DNA from: Epiperipatus broadwayi
Lineage: Eukaryota > Animalia > Onychophora
DNA length: 64,000 nt
Direction of reading: 5' to 3'
Assembly: GCA_028023455.1 (NCBI GenBank)
Contig: JAQFVV010000005.1
Location: 16,058,001-16,122,000, forward strand
The first letter of the stretch is position 1; every line of letters starts with the position of its first letter. A program made the position numbers and the translations under genes. The notes beneath the pieces are model-generated. The model made no database searches, was not told the origin of the DNA, and saw only the letters and a program-made list of their open reading frames with translations. This document shows, in pieces, positions 26,853-38,560 of this stretch.

Positions 26853-28782
26853 AAAAAATCCCATATCTAGATGTTAGCAAATTGGCTTTCTTCTAAGAGA
26901 ATTATTCAATGCCCATTTTTTATTCTATTATGCAACTTAACAGTTTTGAATTTTTCAGGAGAGAAAGAAAACACAAACAAAAAAGAAAATTGCTTTCAGT
27001 CGAAAACTATTTAAAATAAGAAACTAAATTGATTTACATTACATCAATAGCAATTTTTTTAAAAAAGAAAACAGCTTTAGATGTATTTTTAAATACAAAC
27101 CACTACTATTTTTTCTTTTTATCTTATTTTATTATTGATTAAATGTCACAAGACTGTCAATAACCATCTAAGTCTGATCAACGGAAGGTCAGGCAATGAA
27201 TGATGAGATTATTCACAGATAAATTTTTCATATGAAAGTCATCCGTCAATATATTAGCTTTGGTAGAATAAAACAATCTATTAAATTTAAAAAAATAGTC
27301 AAAACAAATACAACTTATGATAATGATGATACTAATAATTTTATTAGGGTTAAGTAATTTTCACACACAACAAATTCGAGCAATAATGTATTAATAAAAA
27401 GTAATTAAAAATCGGAATCATGGCTGCTTATATATAAAATGAAAGTTTAAATAATCTTTATCCGGTCCATTGGAGACAAAATCATTTCTACAAGACCTCT
27501 CGTAAAATAGTGAATAGAAGACTTTACTCATTGGATTTATCAAATCTTGGTTGATAAGAATTTTTGTAGTTTTTCTTACCCCTTAGTAGTTGGATACTTA
27601 CTGACCAATATTGAATGATTATCTAGTTTGGTTAAGATCCTGTTATCTGAGAACAAATCCTAAATCAGAATAAAATCTAAACAAAGTTTTAAAGTTTTAT
27701 CAGAATGGAAATTGAATCAATATCTTGGATAAGATAAATAGGAATAATGCCATTGTATTATGAGATAGCTTATACATACTAGAAGATTTTCATAAACTTT
27801 ACAGATGAAAATATTGAAAGTTTAATGAGATTTTTCTATATTTTTTAAATTAAAGATCAGTCATAAATGTAATTAAGCAAACAATCAATTAAAAACTGGA
27901 TAAATAAATTGAAACACTTCATCCATAACAGTATAATATTTGGAAACAACTTTTAGTTCATAAGTTATCAAGTTCATACCAGTACTGTTTCTGGGTGATG
28001 TGATTTTAATTTACTTATTAACTTTTTAATTGTTTGTTTGTTTAATTATATCTTGACTGATCTGTAATTATATATATATTATAACATATAAAAACAAAGA
28101 AAGAATGAAGAGAATTGTAATCTGAAAGAAGGCCAATAGAAATCAGCACCATCGTGGTTAACCAATAATGATCTAATATAATACCTGTCAAAAATAATGA
28201 TGTTAGCTATTCTCAGTGGCTTTATAAAATACCAAATGCCATATACCACAATAATAAGAGATGCAGAGGTAAGATATTACAATAAAATATTAAAATATAA
28301 AGCAATATTGTTAATAACTCAAGAGACAAACTCTCAACTCACTCTAATACAAATACAAGACTCTTGGTATTGGAAGCATACATCATTGACATTACATCTA
28401 AAATCCTTCTCTTACAAACATTTACTACCACTATGATTTTTTGTGTCCCTCTCTTAAGTATCTCATTGTTATGCTCAGATGAAATAGTATATTTAATTTT
28501 ATAAAATTTGAAAGTGTTTTCTTAAATCTTGGCCACCAAAGATTGTAATTTTTGAAAATAGCTTCTTTAAATAAGATGGTTTGTGAAATAAATTAGAATA
28601 TCTCAGGGTACTATGATTGATTTTAATCATAAAATAAATTCTCTCCAATTCTTAAGATCTATTCAACATAAAATGAAATCTTAATAAATAAGTAAGACAT
28701 ACACTTACCCCTATGTTAATATCTTATCACAATTATAATAATAATAATAAATTTATTTAAATGCACATTGATTACGTAAGTA

Positions 28783-28891
28783 ATATTTACTAAGGCTGTA
28801 ACCTCAAGAATATGCATGTAAAAATGCGATAGTAGGGACCTCTACAGGTCTTAACCACAAGCTTACACTTTGGAAGACAAGAGGGGACACA
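28783..28891. repeat. About 105-bp dispersed repeat; inverted copy at 41326-41435
   Basis: taaaaatgcgatagtagggacctctacaggtcttaaccacaagcttac is identical to the reverse complement of the second copy. Confidence 0.85.
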
Positions 28892-30109
28892 TCTCTTAAT
28901 TTAGAATAAGATAAATAATAAACTCCTAGGATGACATTCACATATTAAGAATGGGTGAGGGATTTTATAGCCATTCTAAATACCACAGAATAAATCTAGT
29001 TAAATACCTTTTAAATAATCTACATTTATTATCAAATAACAAATATGGTCTTTCATATTTATGGAAAATAATTTTAAAATAAAATAAACACAGTGATCTT
29101 TTAATAAGCAAACCAAAATGGCTAAAGTGATCTCAAATAATAACATATAATTATACATCTTTATTAGGTAAAATACATCTTTTTTAGATACAATTCTAAT
29201 ACTTAAATAGAATTCTATAAAGTAACTCATATTAATTTCAATGTTCAGGTACTATTACAACAAATTCTTAAGATAATTTATAATACTTTTATCATTATTT
29301 AGATTTCTGTTTAATGAGTGGATGATGTGGAAAAATGATTGTAAGAAATTTTTTAATAATAAAAACAAATAATAACAAGACACAAATATAACATATCCTT
29401 TAAGTCCACAAAGCCAAGAGCTTTCACAAACATTACCTTCTTACAAAAATATATTCAGATGGTTAAAATTACAAATGAATTTATAAAAAATAAATAAATT
29501 TGACCAGGTAAAATGATCTAGTAGGTTAAAATAAAATTTCTATCTAAATTGTCAAAAGTTCTCACATTTTAAAACATTCACACGATAGTATCCTTTTCAT
29601 GAATAGTGTCTCTTTTATAAATATTTAACATTACTTAAATATACAAGCTTACCAACCCAGAGATAAAGGAGTATAAGAGAGATGTATATTGTCTATTCAT
29701 GTCCAAGTTACAATTTAAAATGTTCAGATTAATTATTTATTGTATTTATGTCCTATCTCAGCAAAGTTTAAATAAAGAACTTACACATCAACAATATATA
29801 ATTCACATCTAAATAAACCAAGAATGCTTCAAGAGGTAAGAGTGGCATTCCTTAATACTGTACTGTCTATTTATATATGGTATGAATATATTGGCATTCG
29901 GTAATATATTTAAAAGCTAAAAAAAAATAAAAGTCTTTAAAAAAAAGACACATTAAAATTTTTTTTGGGGTTAGTGTAATTTATTTTTTTAAAATGTACA
30001 ATGTGAGTTGATGTTTTTGTTTCGAATTGTTGCTTTGATTTTTTTAAAAAAAAAAAAAAGTTAAAATTGGGAAGAACAAAAGGAATTCCACACAAAGATT
30101 ACGATCAAA

Positions 30110-30460
30110 AAAACATTAAGATATTAATTAAAGATGGCCAAAAAAGTTGTTATAAAAAAGAACTTTGTAACAGAAAAAGAAAATAAATCTATAAGATTAT
30201 TAACTTACACGTCACAATAAGAATAACATGCACAGAAGTTCCAAAACTGGACCTTGAGTATAGAAAGGGGAGACCAGTTTGATCAGTGTCTTGTCTTGTC
30301 TGTTCCTTTTGGTTGGTCCTGGATAACAAAAATATATCCAGGACTACTCCATGCTGAAATAATTCTGCATGTTGGAGTGGACTGAGGCTTTTGCTGACAT
30401 CGTTCCTGAAGACAGACACCAAAAAAGCTTTCATGACTAGCCATTAGGACAGAGCAAGAT
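30110..30460 (+). repeat. Unclassified dispersed repeat with conserved hairpins (copy B)
   Basis: 10-bp stem gtcctggata/tatccaggac at 30316-30344. Colinear with the reverse complement of 12720-13330. Confidence 0.5.
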
Positions 30461-31879
30461 TAACTTATAACTAATGACCATGAGCTCCTTCTACCACAGA
30501 AAAAAACCATGCATGGCAACCAATAACTTATGTAAACTTACTGATAAGCTAAGATTCTTCATACCCTGATTATGATTTAAAGTTTGCAAACAATTTTTAA
30601 TATAAGTGTGATATAACCCGATAGAGACATTCCTGAATTAGGACATTTTAATCCATGGATTGTTTAAAGATAGAACTGAAAGAAATGAACTGTATTAATT
30701 ATATAAAGTGATTACCCTGAATTAACAAATATGGTCCTTTCTAAATAATGCTAACAATTCATTAAGTATTTTAATAACATAATAAATATTTATCTTTAAG
30801 ATCACTTTCATTTGTATGTTATTAATTTTAGTTATTTATTTTAATTTATTAGAATTTGAAGGTATAAGTTACCCTTTGCCAATATTTACTAATTATGCCC
30901 TGGGAATAATATCTGGAAAATAAACTTAGTTACGGTAAACTATGACCCAGATTTTTTAAAAATCATTCTTTTTTATTTACGATGTGCGATACAACAGATT
31001 TCAGTGGATTCTTATATGAATCCTGGTGCCCTTATTAAAATAAATAAAAAGCTGATTCCGCTATTAGCGTAAGTTGAAATAATTGGTAGGTCAGTTAATC
31101 AGGAAATATAGCTATGTTTTATAGAAGTATGAACAAAATATTTATATTTTCTGTATTCATAGCTTGATTAACTTTCACTAAATTTACAGTGAGTAAAAGA
31201 AGGCCTACCAGATCTACAAAAATGGGAAAAACGTTACAATACATTGATAAAAACAATTTAACTGCCAGAATAAAGCCATAGTAAAATATTACACATGCTT
31301 TATAAAATACATGAGTAACAACACACTAGATTCATATTGAGATAACTGTACTATGGCATAGCTCATAAATAAGTGCACCTACCTTTGAGGGCAATAATAA
31401 AATGATCTAGGACTTTGTCACTCATCAAGAAATGGTGAAAATGTATAACATGGACAAAAATATTAAATAGGGTTGCCTTAATAAAGCATCACGTGCTTTG
31501 GATACAATAAGATCAATTAAATTTATACAAATTATTCTCCGATTTATTTTGATTCAAACTCTCATTACAATATTTTTCTGCCACTTTCTGCATAGCACCC
31601 TCTTTATTATAATATTTTTCCAATTCTTTAATTTTAACCATTAATGGAAAAAAATTACTTTGAAATTCTTTGTTTTCTGATATATTCTTATTATTTTGAG
31701 AGGAATTTGGTATTTTCTCTTTTACCAAACTAGTTTTAGATCCATTTTTAATTTCTTTGATTCTTCCATTTATGTTTTTTTCATAATCCTTTGTTACTAT
31801 AGAACCACATTTTTTAATTTGCTATATCACCAGAGTTTTTGAAGTGGGCATTTTTTTTATGATTTTTAGATTTTTTTTT

Positions 31880-32026
31880 ATCTATTGCAACATCGGTTGA
31901 CTTCTTTTGTACATAATTCTTTGAATTTGGTGTGGTTTTTTCAATTTTAGGATCTATTGCAACATTGGTTGACTTCTTTTGTACATAATTCTTTGAATTT
32001 GGTGTGGTTTTTTCAATTTTAGGATC
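31880..32026 (-). repeat. 72-bp tandem duplication inside a stop-free minus-strand frame
   Basis: Units start at 31880 and 31952. Minus frame reads DPKIEKTTPNSKNYVQKKSTNVAI twice. Confidence 0.85.
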
Positions 32027-32749
32027 AATTGTTTTGACATTTAACGTAAGCTTACATAAACCCAGCTCAGGGTTATCAGTACTTACAGAATCGATCTTGA
32101 TTTAATGGACAAACTTGTCCTTATTAAAATACCTGCTTAATTATAGTTCTTAGTCTCTAATTTGATCTAGTAATTTAGCAAAAGTCCTAACTTTTATTTT
32201 CCCTTTGATGAAATTAAACTCTTCTTCCATTCAAGGCACTTTTTTAGTAGTTTCTGAACACTCAATTTTCACCATTTATTTCCAGACTATGCCACCTGTT
32301 ATATATATATGTAATTACCTTTTTGCAACAAAAAATGAACAAAAACTAAAAGTAAGAATGATTATTTCATTACTTGATTATACATTTTTTTTTAATTAGT
32401 CGGTTAATCATTAACCCATATTTTTATTTACATTAACCCATCTACTTTAAATATTATACATATATTTGTTTTTAGTAAAGTGTATATTTATGTAATATAT
32501 TTTTTATGCATTGTCTAATCCTAATTCAGAATTTGGATACATGTGTTATTAATTATCATTATTCACGTATGTAATTCAACCGTGATGGAGCACCTGAGCT
32601 AATGAAAATAAATTTTTATGTATGTGCATTTATCTAAATTATATATAAAAAAGGACAAAAAATTGTAATTGTTCATTACTTGGTAATGCAGAAGCCTTGT
32701 CAAGGGCTGTAGTGATCAGTGTTTCAGAGAATGTAGAAATAACTTACAT

Positions 32750-32963
32750 ATTATTATTAAACCACTAAACATCACGATCACCATTCTTTATGCTTACACA
32801 AGCTGTTGACCCAAAAGAAAAAACTCTCCATACAGTAGTGCCACTCAGTGCAAGCCAGAGTAATCAATGGATGCAGGTTTGTGCATAAAATCCCCATCTA
32901 ATGCATACTCATTCAATATCCCCAGACTAGTTTCTAGCTTGTGGCTTTTATCAGCGAGGAGCC
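32750..32963 (-). mobile_element. HHR family 1 copy (hammerhead at 32919-32960, G8>A)
   Basis: Reverse complement tcctcg CTGATAA a agc cacaa gct a GAAA cta GTC tgggga, followed by the family tail. Confidence 0.8.
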
Positions 32964-34120
32964 TATATTACTATTACTGTTACTGGGAATAAAACTGTTA
33001 TTGTTAGATATTCTGCTTAATTCACTTTTCATTTATGTGATGAGTTTCATGAATCCCCAAAGCTATGATTTGGTGCTAACAGGATTACTACCAAAGGATA
33101 TAAGTTGAAATCAAGGTTGCTAGTGGGGTCATTCTGAGTCTATTTAATAATATAACCAGCCCATAGTAATACATATTCTAGCTACTTGAGGTATTATGTG
33201 TTGTATCCATATGATGAGCAGGAAATATTACTATTGTGAAGTTAACATGATCAGCAATAGACTTTAAACCGATATTCCTCAGTGTGCTCATCATAGTTTT
33301 ATGATTGCATTCATAGGCCATTCTTATAAACTTGGAGCCAGTTATACTTGCTGCTCAAATGTGGCTTGATCATAGCATATTATAGAAAGCCCAATTACAA
33401 TATATATATATATATAGCCAATCACTTTATATATATATATAGTATTTTTTACAATCACATACCTATGCATGATATATATGCACATCTATTTATAAATAAA
33501 ATATACTAACTATAATGAACTAATATGTATACACTCACCTTTACATATATAGAATATTATACCAATGTACATAGAGGTATATGCACTATATTAAATTTGC
33601 ACTTTTTATTTAAACATTATAAATAAATTCATAGACTTCTTATTTCTTTCTAAAAACTTTATTTCCATATATTAACTAATAAATATATATATAAATTCAC
33701 ATATTATACACTTTCTGACATTTCAACTGTTTTTTTCCATCATTACAGTCATTTTCAAGGATCTACAACAAAAAATACATACCTTTACATAATACTCTAA
33801 ATACAAAATCTCTTTCTTATATTACCATTAACATATCAAATCCATTATAATAAAACATATTAATTATACATAATTATATTTTTACTTACTTCTCCCTCCC
33901 TCTACTTCTTTTATTATAAAATTTCCTTTTTACATATTAAGTATAAATTTTCAAAAATATTAGAAACCATCTAAAACACCAATAAACAAAAAACTATTTA
34001 TATCCATTTAACCCACCTCTAATTACAAATTTATTTCTTCCTTTAATTATTTTATCTAACTTCCATATCAATTATCTACATTCCCTATCTATACTTTTAA
34101 ATTTATTTAAAAAATAATAT

Positions 34121-34421
34121 AATATAGGATATATGAGCACAGACTTTCACATGACCCACGACTCTCCACTCTATCTAATAACACTGATACACTCAAGCAC
34201 ATATATGCTGAAAAGATAAATAATCACCAATATACGTATTTCATGCTAAATCAGCAATCATCAGTTGGTCCAGATTATCATCTCCCACACATATATACTA
34301 TAAGTACTCAGATATATATTAAGATAGACAATCTTCATACTTTAATGGACTGGCTCCAATCTACTACTCACTCCAACTCTTCAACCGTCCATCCAATTGA
34401 AAATCTGATGATGGAATGCTC
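34121..34421 (-). mobile_element. HHR family 2 element (hammerhead followed by tRNA-like cassette), copy A
   Basis: About 300-bp direct repeat of 53789-54089. Confidence 0.85.
34226..34269 (-). ncRNA. Type I hammerhead ribozyme motif, family 2, intact core
   Basis: Reverse complement accaa CTGATGA t TGCT gattt AGCA t GAAA tacgta TA ttggt. Helix I accaa/ttggt, helix II 4 bp, helix III within the palindrome ATACGTAT, predicted cleavage after AUA. Confidence 0.75.
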
Positions 34422-34546
34422 AAAGGCCACCCTAAGGCTGAGATTCTTGTCACACCCATGTTGATCCAAGGTCAATCTGAACCCCACATGTACAGGACAT
34501 AATCCATTAAATACATATGCAAGGATGGGCAGACATCTCTATAATG

Positions 34547-34648
34547 TAATAACTGAAACACAGGCTTAATATATACCATGTGTCCTCATATACCCTATAT
34601 TACATGTATAGACACATGGTATATATTAAGCCTGTGTTTCAGTTATTA
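34547..34648. repeat. Perfect inverted repeat, 38-bp arms, 26-nt loop, built from the family 2 tail
   Basis: 34547-34584 is the reverse complement of 34611-34648. Loop plus right arm match 54181-54245. Confidence 0.9.
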
Positions 34649-34680
34649 AAAAATAATATAAATTTTTTGTCTAACAGTTT

Positions 34681-35017
34681 ATAAACATTTATTTTTAGCG
34701 CTGTTTCTAATTGTAATAAATTTAATCAACCATTTAATCTATTGTGCGCTTTTTCACGAGTGTTAAATAATAATAAATGAGTACTTCCTAGTATTTAGGA
34801 AAGAATAAAATGAATCCACTTATTCAATCCAACCCAAATGCTTATATATGGGCAAATCTTAAGTACTGTAAGTGAAAGTGTGAGGATAGACTACTTACTT
34901 TAAACCACTGTTTACGATATCTGAATGAATAACGCCAATGAAATTATCTAGAATTTATTAGACGTCACTCACAAATGAAACTCCCAATTAGAAACAGCGC
35001 TAAAAATAAATGTTTAT
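34681..35017. mobile_element. 337-bp element bounded by perfect 33-bp inverted repeats; internal part repeated at about 51190-51490
   Basis: 34681-34713 is the reverse complement of 34985-35017. Confidence 0.75.
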
Positions 35018-35077
35018 TTAATAATTTTTACCATTTATTTTTTCTTCTAATAGTTTTTCTGTGTGTCTATTGTCAAT

Positions 35078-35135
35078 GCGTTGGCGGCCTAGTGGTTAGC
35101 ATAGCTGCCTTCTAAGCAGCTGGCCGGTAAACGCA
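35078..35135 (+). pseudogene. tRNA-Gly(TCC)-derived pseudogene lacking the T-arm
   Basis: gcgttggcggcctagtggttagcatagctgccttctaagcag...aacgca matches eukaryotic tRNA-Gly-TCC ends. Anticodon reads TCT and GGTTCGATT is deleted. Confidence 0.8.
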
Positions 35136-35949
35136 TTTGACATCTGAAAAAAAATTCATTATTAATTTTATAACAATTTTTATTCTTTATTATATTTTTA
35201 ATCATAAAATTAGATGTTAATGCTTGTTATTTTTTTAGTGTTTTACCATCTAATACTTATGTCTTTCTTCGATTTTTGTATTTTATTAATCTTTTATTAA
35301 TCACTGCATAATGGAAGGAAATTATTTATTAACTTCTTAAATTTTGCATTACTATTAGAGTTCTTATTTGAAGAAATAAAGCTATCATTATATACATTAT
35401 TTACTAAAGTTTTTTTTATTATTATTAAAGACATATTGTAAATAGTTTTATATTTCATTCATATTTTTATATACTTCAATAATTTAACCGTTGTGTTTGC
35501 AATATATCTATATTTATACAAATCTATAATAATGATAAAAATGTTAAGTATAATTAGAAAAAAAAAATCATTATTTTTATTTTATTGTAATGATTATAAG
35601 TATATTATAACAATATTATTTTATTGATATATAATGTATATGATAATAATAAAGAAAAAGTTGTATCGAAAAAAAAACCCCTAAATATCTCTATGTATAA
35701 TACATGATAATACTTCTCAATAATATATATGTTGTACTTAGGAGGGTAATAAAACATTATTGAAATGCATTAAGTAATACAATATTTATTAATTTTAAAT
35801 ATATAAATGTTCAGACATTTATAAAGAAAAGATAGACATGTTATTTTAAAAATTGGCTTTATTCATGGTAAGCATGCTTTCAGTACAATGCATACCATAA
35901 TCATAGCTATACTATATTACTATTATTGGTGGTAGTTAAATATACTTGC

Positions 35950-37780
35950 TTATATTCAAATTCATTTTAATTTGTTGCGTAGTTATGTAAATTTTATTTG
36001 GAAATCTTCTTTGAGAGCCCATTTTTTCAAGATAGGGGTTGCTGGTATCTTTTTTATTTATCATGAATTGATCTTTGGTTGTGGTTCAAGCCTCTTTATT
36101 TTTTCTCTTTTTATTTTTCCTCTTAGTACAAACAATTTTTGCTTTAGATACATCGAATTTATGGTCATGGTATTGTTCATGTTCTGTGAAAATGGAGAAG
36201 TATTTGTTATTTCTTTCAGCACTGTTGTAGATATAGTTGTTCTGGACCAATCTTGTCGATAGCTTGGCTTTTGATTCACCATAATAGGCATATAGACAAT
36301 TGACTTGAGTGCAAGAGGTTTTATAAACTATTTAATGAGCTGATTTACTGAACAATTTACCTTTTAAATTGTTCAGTAAGTTATTTAAAGCTGGGGGAGA
36401 ATGAAAGCCAATATTAAATTACTCTGAACAAATTCTTTTTAATTTGCTAGAAATTTTTGGTATATGGTAATCTTATCCATTTCTTAGTACTTCAGATTTA
36501 GATTGCAGTGTTTTTTTCATTTTGTTGTAGAATCTATTGAACAAATTATAAATTTTATTAATATTGCATTCCATATTTTGTAGATCTTTAACCCCTCCCC
36601 CCTCCCCCTCCCTTCCTCTCCATCTTACTCCACCCCCACCCTCCTATGTCTTATCTAATTTTAAAGTTTAGTGGTTTGGTTTTGATTTATTATATTTTAA
36701 GTAATTTTTTCCTTGTTCTTATTATTTTAAAAATAAAAAAAAAAAAAAAAAAAAACACAACTCAAACAAAAAAAAAAAAGAGGATGTGTTTTTTTTTTTT
36801 CTCTCTCTCCTCTCACAAAAAAAAAATTGTTTTGATGGAAGAAAAAAAAAAAACAGCCAGATGAAAAAAAAAAAAAAAAAAAGATGAGCTTTTTTTTTTT
36901 AATATGATATTATGTATAATATAAATTATTTTTATGGAAATTTTATTTTTTTAAGAAAGATAAAAAAAAAAAAACAAATTTTTTTAATATAAAAGATTTG
37001 ATTTAAAGTATTAATGATGTTGAAGAAAGTGAAATATATTTATTTTCTATAACTAAAAGTGTCACCTCCTTTTTTTTTTATTATTTTTTTTTTTTTTAAG
37101 AGAAATATTTTATATAAAAAAAAAAGAAATATATTTTTGAAAGAAGTTTTATTTCTTCTCATAACAAAACAAAAAAGTAATAGATATTTTTTAAATAAAT
37201 GTGTGTGGGAGGTATTTATTATTGTGGGAAAATTTTTTTAAAAAGAGGTTTTTTTTTTTTGTTGGGGGGTGGCCAATAAAAATTATTTGTTTTTTCCTCA
37301 TACAACCCACAATATAATTAGCGGGGGAAAAGGTTGATCTTTAATATACGCATCTATGTTGTTTTTTCGATCAATTTGGAATTTACACAATTATGTATAG
37401 GAAGCTTTAATCCCAGAAAATTTGTGGGCCATGGGTGTTTTTGACCCAGGGTGGATTGCACCTCTTATATTTAATCATTTTAGCATCATTTAATAGTTTA
37501 GTGAATGTGGCTGTATTTGAATGTACCGATCCAGGAATTTGATACTTCGATTCTTATCTTCTTTATCAATAGTCCAAATTAATGAAGATGCCTGTTCAAT
37601 TTGTGATGAATATCTATGATTTGAGTGTCAATTGTGTATAACATTATGCCAACAACATATCTGGAAAAAAAAATGTGTTGGAAAGTATTTTTCAGCAAAA
37701 CCAGCAATGTTTCAACAAAATTTCATTCATCTTTCTGTGGAAAATGTTTTTGGTGAGTGCATTGGAACTTTTTAAAATAT
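35950..37780 (-). mobile_element. Penelope-like element fossil (RT to GIY-YIG) interrupted by a homopolymer-rich patch
   Basis: Minus strand: FSRYVVGI; KEDKNRSIKFLD; AIHPGSKTPMAHK; WIRLPY; IVYKTSCTQVNCLYAYYGESKAKLSTRL...HDHKFDVSKAKIV. Confidence 0.8.
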
Positions 37781-37989
37781 TTTGAAAACATTACAGATCA
37801 TAGGCATTTATCAGTGTAGAGTTTCAGAAAACACTTTTTAATTTTATGTTTTAATTATAAAATCTATATTACAGTGTATATGTAAAATCAATCAAAAATG
37901 TGGATACTAGGTGCATTTTAGGCAATTAAAAAGTAACAAATAATAAACTGAAATCTAGCTAAAAATAACAGATCAATACCATCTCTCCA

Positions 37990-38560
37990 TGTACATACTT
38001 AAGATAAAGCAATCATCATCATTAATTGGGATAGATAAACCCCTAATAAGTATGCTAGAAATATCAGAAAAATTCCTACTTTTATATTTAGAAAATCAAA
38101 CACTTGGTTTAAAGTGTGACTTAAAAAGAAGCTGCTCACATGACAATGGCAAAAAATCTCATAAGCCAATCTAGTGGAAAACACTAATCAACTTTGCTCT
38201 TAAGAAAAAGTGGAGAAATCAGGAGGAACCTCATAAATAAGTATATGAAATTCCTACTGATTGTTGCCTTTGACAGGATGGCTCAGTTGGTTAGAGTGTA
38301 ACCTTAAAAATTCAATAATCAATAATCTAAGTACCCAGGTTTGAATCCATGCTAGTACTGTCACTGGTCAGGTCAGCAACACTTAAAGAAGAGGGGAGAA
38401 TAATACCTCTACCTCTCAAAACATTGTGCATATACTAACCGGTTTGATGTGCTATTATTAACAGTTGAATGTATTTGAAATATTTAAATAAAGCTAAATT
38501 TTTCTAAAGACATTCAATATGCATATTAGATGATGGAATAGTCCAATATAAAAATACAAA
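37990..38560 (+). mobile_element. PLE family 3 3' end with embedded tRNA-like cassette
   Basis: Colinear with the reverse complement of 52252-52790. A-box tggctcagttgg and B-box ggtttgaatcc. Confidence 0.75.

Noticed and set aside
36646-37241. ORFs 36646-36864 and 37059-37241
   Set aside because: Products of homopolymer runs (poly-K/poly-F) in a probable low-quality patch.
38520-38552. HHR-like atattAGATGAtgGAAAtaGTCcaatat in the PLE family 3 tail (also about 52261-52290 and 53225-53255)
   Set aside because: All three copies lack C3-U4 and helix II, and helix I is out of register. At best it is an ancestral relic.
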